From Octopus sinensis (Eukaryota): a DNA stretch of 42,310 nt. Below, one piece after another: positions 10,430-22,532 of this stretch. Location of the stretch: positions 1-42,310 of the forward strand of contig NW_021835225.1 in the NCBI RefSeq assembly GCF_006345805.1. The letters are read 5' to 3'. Under the pieces are notes generated by a model. The model was not told where the DNA came from, ran no database searches, and worked only from the letters and a program-made list of their open reading frames with translations. The position numbers and the translations under genes are program-made. Within the stretch, counting starts at the first letter, position 1, and each line of letters begins with the position of its first letter.

Positions 10430-10720
10430 GCTTCTGATCTTAACTGATTGGAAGTGTTATTATATGTACATTGTCTTGTCTTGGTATAAAAGATGGGCTA
10501 CAGCAAATATTCTGCTCAATACCACAGATTTGCTTGTCAATTCCTTGACCTAGGCCAGTTGAGCGTGTCCTTTAGTGGCTGACGATATGTGCATCTCTGA
10601 TCACGAGCAGAAGTAGTGGGGGAGCATCATGGCCATGTGTTGAGAGAAATTCTTTGGGGTTTAGATAATTTATCTTTGGAAATGTGTTTTGTTCATCATC
10701 CTTAACCAACTCTTATTCAG
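10429..10720 (+). mobile_element. Family D, older copy (extends further 5', lacks the 3' end)
   Basis: Shares cagttgagc..gtcc..tagtgg.tgacgatatgtgcatctctgatcacgagcagaagtagtgggggagcatcat with the 9921 copy and is more diverged. Confidence 0.75.
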
Positions 10721-10829
10721 AAAAATTAGTAACGACAGTTAATAAAGAACAGGGGATGAATCGCGTAATAGGGGTAAAAGGACAAGAATGAAATGCAAAG
10801 GAACCACGTCAGACAGATGGAAGAGTAAC

Positions 10830-10899
10830 CTCGACTAAAGCCGGTGCTCCAGCATGGCCACAGTCAAGTGACTGAAGCAAGTAGAAGAGTAAAAGAGAA
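10830..10899 (+). mobile_element. SINE family B, 3' tail only
   Basis: ctcgactaaagccggtgctccagcatggccacagtcaagtgactgaagcaagtagaagagtaaaagag. Confidence 0.85.
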
Positions 10900-10934
10900 A
10901 AGAGAGTAAAGTTGGAAGAGGGGGAGGAGGAGTA

Positions 10935-11348
10935 AGTAGAAGAAGAAGAAGAAGAAAAAGAGAAGAAGAAAAAGAAGAAAAGAAGCAGAAAAGAAGAAGA
11001 AGAAGAAGAAGAAGAAAAAGAAGAAGAAAAAGAAGAAGAAGAAAAAGAAGAAGAAAAGAAGTAGAAGCAAAGAAGAATAAAAGCAGATGCAGAATAAAAG
11101 AAAAGAAGAAGAAGAACAGAAGAAGAAAATAAGAAGAAAAAGAAGAAGAAGAAAGAAGAAGAAGAAGAAGAAGAAGAAGAAGAAAAGAACAAGAACAAGA
11201 ACAAGAAGGAGAAGAAAAAAAAGAAGAAAGAATAGAAATAAATAAGAAGAAAGCAGAATCAGAAGAAGAATAAGAAAAGAAGAACTAAAAGAAGATACAA
11301 GAAAAAGAAGAAGATAAGAAGAAGAAGAAGAAGAAGAAGAAAAGAAGA

Positions 11349-11379
<31 letters not shown>

Positions 11380-11413
11380 GGAAGAAAAAGAACAAGAAGA
11401 ACAAGAACAAGAA

Positions 11414-11482
<69 letters not shown>
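10935..11482. repeat. Imperfect (GAA)n followed by (GAAA)n polypurine tract
   Basis: Read directly from the sequence. Confidence 0.95.
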
Positions 11483-12156
11483 ATTACGACGCAATCGTAA
11501 TGCCAAAGCAGTAATACGCCAGCATTAAACGAGATGATACTGCCTTTAAGATACGAAACAGCGGCCGATCCACAAGATATTCGCAGCATGAATGAATGGA
11601 TTTTGATGAGGATTAACCGAATTTATAGAGAGAAAATAGAGGAATAACAAATACAAAGAAAGACAACAAAAATAATAAGCAAAATATTCCTAAGCATTTT
11701 CCCCTTCTTGTCCCACGTAAACTGGGACGCTGACAGTAATCCCAATAAATCCATGTACAGGATTATAGTTAAGTACCCACGTGGATCTTAAAATGGCGAC
11801 GTGCAATTAAATGCATAAACACTATATGCGATGTGGAGTTAAAACACATACTCCTACAAGTTTGTGCCTCCCCACCACACACAGACACACACGAGCAAGC
11901 TTCACGCACACTTCACGCACGCATTCACTCATTCATACTAACGTGCAACGCGGATATAAACATCCATGCAAAACAAATACACGTGCGCACGCGTAAAAAT
12001 TACGCGTGCTTGCCGCAGATTTGTGCTACGGTGTAGTTTTCTTTTATGAAACATCAATGAAGTTTCGGATATCTCAAGGGGTTTCGGGTCTTTCAGCATT
12101 GGAGCCTCTTTGCCCAGTTGATACAGCTGGGCGAGTAAGGGGGCATATCAACATAT

Positions 12157-12453
12157 CTCTTTTACTCTTTTACTCTTTTACTCTTTTAATTGTTTCAGTC
12201 ATTTGACTTTGGCCATGCTGGAGCACCGCCTTTTAGTCGAGCAAATCGACCCCAGGACTTATTCTTTGTAAGCCTAGTACTTATTCTATCGGTCTCTTTT
12301 GCCGAACGTTACGGGGCCGTAAATACACCACCATCGGTTGTCAAGCGATGTTGAAGAGACAAACACTGACACACAAACATATACACACACATTTATATAT
12401 ATATACATATTTATATACATATATACGACGGGCTTCTTTCAGTTTCCGTCGAC
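12157..12453 (-). mobile_element. SINE family B lacking its head
   Basis: Tail (ctctttta)n, gtttcagtcatttgac..tggccatgctggagcaccgcc, then the core. It stops at cagtttccgtc where a (CCAT/CTAT)n tract begins. Confidence 0.9.
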
Positions 12454-12458
12454 TTAAC

Positions 12459-12484
12459 CCATCCATCCAGCCATCATTCCATCC

Positions 12485-12519
<35 letters not shown>

Positions 12520-12587
12520 CATCCATCCATCCATCTAATAATTTATCTATCTATCTATCTATCTATCCATCTATCTATCTATCTATA

Positions 12588-12642
<55 letters not shown>

Positions 12643-12690
12643 ATATATATATATTTATCTATCCATCCATCCATCCATCCATCTAATAAT

Positions 12691-12762
<72 letters not shown>
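12459..12762. repeat. (CCAT)n/(CTAT)n compound microsatellite
   Basis: Read directly; the interrupting ctaataattt occurs twice. Confidence 0.95.
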
Positions 12763-12976
12763 GACAGGCTATGAGATGTTACACATCACTAGTCACAATG
12801 CGGTTTTGCATTGTTTTAGACTTCAAATTACGCGCCACCCCACTGGTTAGGCGAGCAGGCCAACATTCCCCACACCCTGATCGATGAAGTGTTTTGCTCA
12901 AGAACACAATGCACCGCCCAGTCAGGGAATGGAACCCACAATCTAACAATTGTGAATGCAACAGCCTAACGACTAG
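12763..12976 (-). mobile_element. SINE family F (C-type head, distinct tail)
   Basis: The reverse-complement head gattgtgggttccattccctgactgggcggtgcattgtgttcttgagcaaaacacttcat matches family C. The tail matches 35030-35050 plus 35477-35553. Confidence 0.75.
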
Positions 12977-13967
12977 TTCTAAACGTGGAGCCTTGAGTCA
13001 CAGGTTGTGAAGATTTTGAAGCTTTAATAAAAGCATATTGCTCTACCTCCTCTATTCGAGTACTATATTCTTTCACCTTGTCTTGCTCGTGCGTGCGCGT
13101 GTGTGTGCGTGTGCGAGTGTATTTAAGTGTGTGTGTATTTATGCGTGTGTGTGTATACATACACAATTCCACTTAAAAAATAAATTGTCCTAATTTCCCC
13201 TGCATGTTCCCTCCCTCTTATCACCCCGACTTTCGGATCATCAGCCTCATTCTTTGTCACTCAAAGTTAACAATAAACAGATAACTCTACCTCAGACTCT
13301 AATAATTCTCAACGTTTATAGATTTAAGAAGAATTTATTGTTTCAGTTTTAAATCATTCTCTCAAGTGAAATTCACATATTTTTGAAATACGAATTAGAT
13401 CGTTATATCCAAGAAGTTGAGAGTAAGAAGTTGAGGGCCAAGACACTTACCTGAAATGGATTTCTTTCATGAAGACCTTCGGCTATTCAGCTCTCCTCGG
13501 AGTTTCTTTCCATACTTCACCTCAAATATTGTCTCTTTAATAATTCTTAATGTATATACATTTAAGCAGAACTTCAATATTAAACTATTCTCTCAAATGA
13601 AATTCGTATGTTTTAGAAATACTCATTCGGTTGTTATCTGTATAATCAACATGGGCAATATATCTAAATTGAATTAGTGAAGCAATTATAATTAAGTACA
13701 TGTATTTATTATATTCTTTATTAATAATTTCGTTCAATAGCAAAATGAAGATAAGTATAATTCGTGTTATAAGTGTGACAAAAATGTTTCTTTATAATAC
13801 CTATGAACGCTTTATTTTTCTAATTATTTTATGTATGTTTTCCGTTGTTTCACAAGCGAAGCGAAAGAATCTCGGTTCAAATTTTACATGTTTATATAAT
13901 GTTGGTGCGTGTATGGCTGTATATAAATATGTGTGTAAAGCATGTACGTATCTATAATTACCTAAGT

Positions 13968-14108
<141 letters not shown>

Positions 14109-14307
14109 ATGTAGGGTAGGAATGGTATTTCAGGACACATTGAATACTGTAACAAAACAATTCTAATCTAGCAAAAAGTATGTGTATTAATAAAGTCTTT
14201 TATATGATTAGTCTGTGAATCAAATTTCAGCTTTGACGACTGTTTCAATGCAGAACCGAAATTGTTGATATGCCTAGACAAAAATGTCCTAATTTATTTC
14301 AGACATT

Positions 14308-14542
14308 ACCTATTTCTTTACTACCCACAAGGGTCTAAACACAGAGAGGACAAACAAGGACAGACAAACGGATTAAGTCGATTATATCGACCCCAGTGCA
14401 TAACTGGTATTTAATTTATCGACCCCGAAAGAATGAAAGGCAAAGTCGACCTCGGCGGAATTTGAACACAGAACGTAATGGCAGACGAAATACGGCTACG
14501 TATTTCACCCGGCGTGCTAACGTTTTTGCCAGCTCGCCGCCC
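14308..14542 (-). mobile_element. SINE family A, full length, with TSD
   Basis: Complete head and tail; gacattacct is duplicated at 14302-14311 and 14547-14556. Confidence 0.95.
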
Positions 14543-15215
14543 TCATGACATTACCTGGACAAAGGTGGCCCTCAGCAAAACCTGGTAGAGTGGGGAAATA
14601 TTTTTCCCTAAAAACAACGTTCTAAATGGATTCAATTTGGTGAATCTGGAGACCACAAGTTGGCGTTACATGATTGCAAAGATTGTCTGACATCTATACT
14701 TGGGTTACGTGAGCTTTCTGAGGAGGTTTTGAATCTTGTTGAAACACATATGGCCTACCATTACGTACTTCAACCATTCAGGACTTAACTACTGTCTTCA
14801 GCACTTCAACGTATTCGGCAGCATTAATTCTAAGATGTGGTGGTATGATATGATTTTGTTTACTCACTATACCTAAAATCATCACAGTTGCTGGAAACCT
14901 CAGTAGGTAACCTTCTGGAGACTACGGGAGTGACCTGTGCATAACCATTTGCCATTTCTTCCGCTAGTCCTTTGGTCTTAGTAAAAGTTGCTCTCATCTG
15001 AAAGGAACCGATATATGAATTGGTCTCTCCTCAGTACATACGACTTGTGTCGAATGACCTCGTGAACCACAGTTTTGATAATTCACTCCGACATCTGGAG
15101 TTTTTTTTGTTTGTTTTTTGTTGATGGCATTCATTAATGTTCCACGATCATCAACGATTATGTTTCTAACCCGTTGGACGAATTTCAGCATCCTTATTGT
15201 GTCCGAACTTTAGAG

Positions 15216-15465
15216 CGGTGTTTCTCAACTACATTTTAAGACAGAGACCCCTTCGATTCCTATTTTACTCTTCTGGACCTTCCCAACCATTCGATCTTAA
15301 AAACTCCCATTAAATTTCTTATAATCAAATATTAGGAATTGTATAAAAATAGTTATTGGAATATTTTGTATATGGTAGAAGTACAAATAATTTATTAGAG
15401 ATAAATTTTAACAAAACTTTATAAGGATTATCAAGGGCTATATGGATTTCGGTTGAGAAGCACTG
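15216..15465. mobile_element. hAT-type MITE, about 250 bp
   Basis: TIRs cggtgtttctcaac and gttgagaagcactg resemble Charlie-type CAGTGGTTCTCAAC ends. The interior is similar to 32523-32773. No clean 8-bp TSD. Confidence 0.7.
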
Positions 15466-15467
15466 GG

Positions 15468-15869
15468 TTACTCTTTTACTCTTTTACTTGTTTCAGTCAT
15501 TTGACTGAGGCCATGCTGGAGCACCGCCTTTAATAGAGCAAATCGACCCCAGGACTTATTCTTTGTAAGCCTACTACTTATTCTATTGGTCTCTTTTGCC
15601 GACTTTTAAGTTACGAGGACGTAAACACACTAGCATCGGTTGTCAAGCGATGTTGGGGGGAACAAATACAGACACACAAAAACACACACATATATATACA
15701 TATATACGACGGGCTTCTTTCAGTTTCCGTCTACCAAATCTCCTCACAAGGCTTTGGTCGGTCCGAAGCTATAGTAGAAGACACTTGTGCAAGGTACCAC
15801 GCAGTGGGACTGAACCCCGAACCATTTGGTTCGTAAGCAAACTAGTTACCACACAGCCACTCCTACGCC
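15468..15869 (-). mobile_element. SINE family B, full length
   Basis: Same as 6751-7163. Confidence 0.95.
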
Positions 15870-16339
15870 TCAATATTCTTTCTCTCTTTATCGTAATGCA
15901 GTATACTCCTCCACCTTGTGTGAAAAAGATCATGCAACATTTAGAAAGGTGACAAATTGGAAATCGCTGTGTTCCGCTCATATGGCAACCATTACGCAAG
16001 TCTTTTTATTTCTCTCATTAGGAATTTTATCCGCCATGGTGGTGATTATCTTAATAATTTTTTTTGAAATTTTAGTCGGTTTGAAAAGACAACTAAATCT
16101 TCTCAAATATTCCTCGCACCCTATAACTGTCCCAAGAATTAGTGACTAAATCTTGAAAAAGCATTTGGTGATGTGATCCAGGGATCAGTGTAGCAGGGAA
16201 AAGGGATCCGGTGATCAGAGCAAACATGGTATTGTTTATATGTAGATCCAGTCGGTGCTAACTCGGGGATAAATAACATAAAAGCATAAAAATATAGAAT
16301 AGAATATAAAATATAAAGGCCAAAACAGCTTTATGGTAA

Positions 16340-16630
16340 GTATATGTATATGTGTATGTGCATGTGTTTAAGAACGTGGGTTTCTGAGCATGTGTGTGTG
16401 TGTGTGGTGTATGTACGTGTACGTGTGTGTATGTATGTATATGAGCACGTGTATACTGAATATATAGGTATGCATCTATCACCTTTATACGTGCATACAT
16501 ATACATACATGTGGATGTGTGCGCATGTGTATGTATGTATATATGTATGTAAACATATATATGTGTATATATATATATATATACACATACACACTCACAC
16601 AAACACATAGCGATATGCATATATACAATA
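16340..16630. repeat. Degenerate (TG)/(TA)/(CA) low-complexity tract
   Basis: Read directly from the sequence. Confidence 0.85.
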
Positions 16631-16949
16631 CGCACCCCAGGTTATGTGCATTTGTGTGAGTTTGTGCGTTTGGGTGCCAGTGTATGCACGGGTGTGGGTA
16701 AGGCTATGCGTGTGTCACTGTTTGTCCTTATCTGGGTGTGTCTTTGAAAGCATCTTACACATGCATACCTGTTGCCAAATGGTGGAACGATCGCGGTGCC
16801 ACCCTCTTTGATTGATAACTACGGAAAATAAATTTCAGGAATTGCCCTAAACTTGTCAAAATGATTAATTCAATCACAAAAGAAATGTTGTGAGATAACT
16901 GCTTGCTATGGAGTGTGAAGTCTTGTAATTTATCTGTTCTGGTGCATCA

Positions 16950-16983
16950 ACACACACACGCACACACACGGATTTATATTTAC

Positions 16984-17048
<65 letters not shown>

Positions 17049-17145
17049 ATATATACGTACATAGAGAAATATATAGATATACAGATAGACAGGTAGATAG
17101 ATAGGTAGATTGGAAGATAGATAGATTGGAAGATAGATAGATTGG

Positions 17146-17195
<50 letters not shown>
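16950..17195. repeat. (CA)n, (TA)n and (GATA)n compound microsatellite
   Basis: Read directly; gattggaagata is repeated three times within the GATA run. Confidence 0.9.
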
Positions 17196-17221
17196 TGCAA
17201 AATGTACATACATACAAGCTT

Positions 17222-17440
17222 AGACGTGTGGCTGTGTAAGCAAACTTCTTACCATTCACATGATTCTAGGATCAGTTTCATTGCATGACATTTTGGGCAA
17301 GTGTCTTCTACTATAGCCTCGGCCGACCAAAATTTTGCGAATGGATTTGGTAGACAAAAACCGAAAGAAGCCAGTCGTATATACATATGTGTGTGTGTAT
17401 GTCTGCGTGCGCATGCGTGTGCATGTGTGTCTGAGTGTGT
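17222..17440 (+). mobile_element. SINE family B, 5' half
   Basis: gtggctgtgtaag...ttgggcaagtgtcttctactatagcctcggccgaccaaa...gaaagaagccagtcgtata, then the core microsatellite. Confidence 0.85.
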
Positions 17441-18224
17441 ACCAATTGTATACGACAAAAATTGTATAATATCAAAATATCACCTTTACGCATCATATTT
17501 AATATAGATATATCGTGATAGGCAAATTTTACTTCGTATTTATCCGCTGTTAATTTCTCCTATGGACTCACTGTGTTTAGCAGATTATACGTATATCAGA
17601 GGGAGACGGAATTCGTCCTTGCAGCAGCGAATGAAGACTTTAGTTGCTTTTCTGCTTCATTTCGCATTATAAATAAATGTGTACTCACAACCAGCCTGCT
17701 TGGACGAAATCCGTCATCAGAGACATATAAAAAAAAAACAAAAAACAAACAAACACTGGTGTTGAAAGTTGCCGGCGGTTGAATGAAATCCCCTTACATA
17801 TAGAGTTCTGTTTTTCTTTGTGTATGTCATTAGATTCATTGGTTCGGAGTTGCTCGTGCCTGACGAGATAAAATATATCGATACACCGGTGTCTCGGGAT
17901 CTTTTTTATATAAAGGAATCAAGTGTGTTATGAACATATATTCATGGTAAAGACCAAAAAAATATTCTTCTATAACAAATACACTGATTAGCATTTTCAC
18001 GTTCGAATCCGCCGCAAAGTATTATGAATAAATATACAAGACACTCTTTGAAATTTTGCTGTGGATTTAACGATAGGTTTGTGCGAGTCTGTGTGTGTAT
18101 GTGTGTGTTTGTTTGCGTGTGTGTGTGTGTGTGTGCGTGTGTGCGAATGCGCATGTGCGCGCGCGCGCGTGTGTGTGTGTGTGTGGTGTGTGTGTGTTCG
18201 TGCATGTTTGCGCATATATATAGA

Positions 18225-18453
18225 GAGCTGGCAGAAACGTTAGCACACCGGGCGAAATGCGAAATGCGTAGCCGTATTTCGTCTGTTACGTTCTGAGTTC
18301 AAATTCCGCCGAGTTCGACTTTGCCTTTCATCCTTTCGGGGTCGATAAATTAAGTACCAGTTTCGCACTGGGGTCGATGTAATCGACTTAATCCGCTTGT
18401 CTATCCTTGTTTGTCCCCTCTGTGTTTAGCCCCTTGTGGGTAGCAAAGAAATA
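18225..18453 (+). mobile_element. SINE family A, near full length
   Basis: gagctggcagaaacgttagcac...gcaaagaaata; atatatatagagag occurs at both flanks as a probable TSD. Confidence 0.95.
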
Positions 18454-18739
18454 TATATATAGAGAGAGGGATATATCTTCATATGTAAATATACAAAATG
18501 TCCAGAAAGTTTCTCCCGATTTTTATTTTATTGTACATTGTATTGTATTATCATATTGTATTATATTACTGTATTGCACTGTATTGTATTATTTTAGTAT
18601 TGTATTATCATTGTTGCATCATTGTTTCCTTCGTAGTTGTTATTCTTCATTGTTCTATACAATAAAATTAATTGAAAAATCTAAAATAGTTTTCAAAATA
18701 AGTATCGGGCGAAGCTTTTTGGAGAATCTGTAAGTTTTG

Positions 18740-18964
18740 TTTTTTTACTTGTTTCAGTCATTTGACTGTGGCCATGCTGGAGCACCGCCTTTAGTCGAAC
18801 AAATCGGCCTAGTAATTCCTCTGTTGGTCTTTTTTGCCGAACCGCTAAGTTACGGGGACGTAAACACACCAGCATCGGTTGCCAAGCGATGTTGGGGACA
18901 AAGACGGACACAAAAACAAACACACACACACACACACACCACACATAACACAGATATATATATA

Positions 18965-19012
<48 letters not shown>

Positions 19013-19180
19013 TATATACGACGGGCTTCTTTCAGTTTCCGTCTACTAAATCCACTCACAGGCGTTGGTCGGCCCGTGGCTATAGTAGTTGACACTTGCC
19101 AAAGGCTCCACGCAGTGGGACCGAACCCGGAACCATGTGGTTCGTAAGCAAGCTACTTACCACACATCCACTCCTAAGCC
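18740..19180 (-). mobile_element. SINE family B, full length, with small deletion and expanded (TA)n core
   Basis: Same head and tail as the other B copies. Confidence 0.95.
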
Positions 19181-19384
19181 TATATATATATAACAGCATC
19201 AGCATCAACATTGATTAGGAATAAATGAACTTTAGGTCAGTTAAACTGTTCGTGATATTGACTATTTTTAGTTTAGGCTGCCTCTTAGAATCTGCTCAGC
19301 GTTTTCTCCCCTCAGCATTTCCCATTGAGCAAGGCCAAAGAGCTAGAAACAAACAAAATATCTGAAGTTTCCTTCTTGAGTCGT

Positions 19385-19510
19385 ACTGACTCATAGGGGC
19401 CGGTTTCCTGATTTCCATGGTATGTAAATTCTCCACCTGGACAGAATGCCGTCCGACGTAGGATAACTCCTTTTTGCCAGCCGAGTGGACTGCAGCAACG
19501 TGAAATATAT
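19385..19510 (-). mobile_element. SINE family C, 3' fragment
   Basis: ctcataggggccggtttcc...tttttgccagccgagtggactgcagcaacgtgaaat is the reverse complement of the C body and tail. Confidence 0.7.
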
Positions 19511-19718
19511 TTATTTGTATATTTAGGTGAAGAGGTCGCAACGTGAAATGAATTGTCTTAATGAGCCCGAAACTGTCGTCTGGGAATCCGATAGCGCAGA
19601 GCACTTGGCAGATATGGCATTTTTACAGCTTTAACTATAAGAGAGAATTTTTTCTCCATGATAACTGCAGATGATTTGCCTTTAGAATCTAAATTTTCTT
19701 TGTTCCTAATTACTGGTA

Positions 19719-19908
19719 CATCGCTTGACAACCGATGCTGGTCTATTAACGTCACCGTAACTTAGAGGTTCGGCAAAAGAAACCGATAGAAAAAGTACTA
19801 AGCTTACACAGAATAAGTCTTGGAGTCGATTTGCTCAACAAAAGGCAGTGCTCCAGCATGGCCATAGTCAAATGACTGAAACAAGTAAAAGAATAAAAGA
19901 GTAAAAGA
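19719..19908 (+). mobile_element. SINE family B, 3' half
   Basis: catcgcttgacaaccgatgctgg...ggcagtgctccagcatggccatagtcaaatgactgaaacaagtaaaagaataaaagagtaaaag. Confidence 0.9.
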
Positions 19909-19934
19909 ATATTTGAATGTATATGTATTTCGGA

Positions 19935-20668
19935 GTGTGTATATGTGTGTGTGCGTATGTTTGATTCTATGTATGTGTTTGTGTGTGTGTTTGTGTGTGT
20001 GTTTCTGTGTGTTTGTGTGTTTGTGTGTGTGTTTCTGTGTTTCTGTGTGTTTGTGTGTGTTTGTGTGTTTGTGTGTGTTTGTGTGTGTGTGTGTTTGTGT
20101 GTTTGTGTGTGTTTGTGTGTGTGTGTGTTTGTGTGTTTGTGTGTTTGTGTGTGTTTGTGTGTTTGTGTGTGTGTTTGTGTTTTTGTGTGTGTGTTTGTGA
20201 GTGTGCATGTGTGTGTGTGTTTGTGTGTTTGTGTGTTTGTGTGTTTGTGTGTTTGTGTGTGTGTGTTTGTGTGTGTGTTTGTGTGTGTGTGTTTGTGTGT
20301 GTTTGTGGTCGTGTGTGTGTGTGTTTGTGTGTGTTTGTGTGTGTTGTGGTGTTTGTGAGTGTGCATATGTTGTGGTGTGTTTGTGTGTGTGTGTTTGTGT
20401 GTGTTGTGTGTTTGTGTGTGTTTGTAGTGTTTGTGTGCGGTGTTTGTTGTTGGTTTGTGTGTGTGTTGGTGGTGTGTGTTTGTGGTTTGTGTGTGTTTGT
20501 GTGTTTGTGTGTGTGTTGTGTGTGTTGTGTGTGTTTGTGTGTTTGTGTGTGTGTGTGGTTTGTGTGTGAGTGTTTGTGTGTTGTGTGTTTTGTGTGGTGT
20601 GTGTTGTGTGTTTTGTGTGTGTTTGTGAGTGTGCATGTGTGTGTGTGTGTGTGTGTGTTTGTGTGAGT
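19935..20668. repeat. Long imperfect (GT)n/(GTGTTT)n tract
   Basis: Read directly; this tract is the source of the His/Thr-rich and Cys/Val-rich pseudo-ORFs. Confidence 0.95.
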
Positions 20669-21009
20669 GTCTGCTTTTATTAGCGTATACGATTCGGGTG
20701 GAGTGTATTAACATTTAATTACAAGCTCACCGTGACATTGATAAGATGTTTGTACATACGGACTTGAAAATACAGAAACCTAACACTCGCTGAATTGCCG
20801 TCACTGCGACAGCGACCACTTCAACACCACCATTCCCGTCATCAGCATCATCACACCGCCACCACCGGCGACCCAACCAGAATCACGAAGAATTGTATGG
20901 TTCATTCGGAGATCCAGCATACCTTCCGGCAAACTGCCGCTTAATAGTTAACCTGTAATATAAAATTAACAAGATGGGCCAGGAAGAAGATATATGCTTG
21001 CTTGCATGC

Positions 21010-21281
21010 ATACACACATACATACATACATACATACATACATACATACATACATACATACATACATACATACATACATACAATATGTCCATGCACACAA
21101 CGTACATACACTTATACATATTCAGTAACATGCAAAAATATATATATACATATATGCATGAATATATATACATGTATATATGTATGTGCGCGCATGTGCT
21201 TATGGGGTCTACATATCTATATATATAGACACATACGAATATGAACATGAATGTCTGTATGTAAACACACACACACAGAAC

Positions 21282-21352
<71 letters not shown>

Positions 21353-21746
21353 TATATACACATATATAGATGTATATATATATATATATATATATAGATA
21401 TAGATATACATACATATATGTATATACATGCAAACATGCATACGCTCACATGTACTTCTCTCATGGTACGATAAATCACTTTTGACAACTTTTGTCTATT
21501 TTTCTTAATACTTTGCAGTGTTAATGTTAACCGAGGTGAAAACTGACAACTACTCACAGCCCGGCATCAATCCGTCATATGGACATATAGTTCACACCAC
21601 ACACACACACACACAGATATATATATATACACACACACGCACACACACATACACACACGCTCACATACACAACCCACTCACACACATATATACATGCATA
21701 TATGTGTACATATATATACATACGTATGCAAATATGTTTATATGTG

Positions 21747-21792
<46 letters not shown>

Positions 21793-21943
21793 CATACACA
21801 ATACATACATGCATACATACGTACATATATACGTGTGTATATTATATATAAATTTTATATATGTATTATATTATGTGAAATTTGATTTAGTATTTCTAAA
21901 TTTTCTTCCTTGTAAGTTTTGGATTTTATTCCCAAATGATAAC

Positions 21944-21989
<46 letters not shown>

Positions 21990-22045
21990 TGTGGTGTGTG
22001 TGTGGTATGTATGTATGTATGTATGTATGTATGTATGTATGTATG

Positions 22046-22075
<30 letters not shown>
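21010..22075. repeat. Cluster of (CATA)n, (TA)n, (CA)n and (TATG)n microsatellites with short unique spacers
   Basis: Read directly from the sequence. Confidence 0.9.
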
Positions 22076-22078
<3 letters not shown>

Positions 22079-22532
22079 GCATATGTATATAAGCATTATC
22101 GTGTGCACATATATAATATAGGTTTGTCGTTTCGCGGCGGATCAGAACTCTGAGGACGAATTGAATAGCAAAACTATGACTATATACAAATAGTGTAAGA
22201 TCCATTTGCTGGTATGCCACGGCGACGCATACGTAAAATTAAATTAAATTACGAATTATAAGCAACGTGATATGTGATATGCTTGTTCGCCAGTTCGCAA
22301 TCCTACTGCACTCTGGAGATGACTCCTTCAGCGCACTGATTGTTAAAATATCTGAAAGTCATACACTGGCAATACAGCCTGACCCCAGTTTCATCCATGT
22401 ATAAGGGATACCGATATTTATTCTATTTTATGGCTTATCAACATCGTATACCTGAATCGAACCTGGGACGAACTGAACCGCAAGTCAATGATCACGAAAT
22501 CTGAGTCTGTAGAATTTGGGTCTCTAAAAATT

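Larger units (their letters stand above)
14112..16123 (-). mobile_element. Tc1/mariner superfamily DD37D (maT/Bmmar1-like) transposon relic, end to end, with three nested insertions
   Basis: ATG at 16037 (MADK...VAI-AEHSD...FLNVA-SF), then VVHEVIRHKSYV, FLSDESNF, FPATVMILGIVS, GRPYVFQQDS, about 37 aa, LNP, and FRFCIETVVKAE with a stop at 14208. Degenerate TIRs tagggt(N8)tattt.ag are present at both ends. Confidence 0.85.

Noticed and set aside
9557-11482. Irregularities within long (AAT)n and (GAA)n tracts as an encoded pattern
   Set aside because: The interruptions are mostly single-base indels and substitutions, consistent with repeat decay or long-read consensus error.
13224-13246. Other hammerhead-like strings (minus-strand ctgatga-tcc-gaaa-gtc here; taatgagcccgaaactgtcgtc near 19559)
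   Set aside because: Stems II and III are absent or the core is broken; too little structure to support a call.
13445-13453. Perfect minus-strand splice donor CAG/GTAAGT
   Set aside because: All three upstream frames hit stops within about 40 nt, no clear acceptor was found, and one such 9-mer in 42 kb on two strands is not surprising. RNA-seq could revive it as a UTR or first exon.
19752-20714. Long ORFs in the track (320 aa His/Thr-rich, plus the many [12 protein letters not shown] and poly-F/S/L ORFs elsewhere)
   Set aside because: They are translations of microsatellites that happen to lack stop codons. They show no domain content and are open in several frames on both strands.
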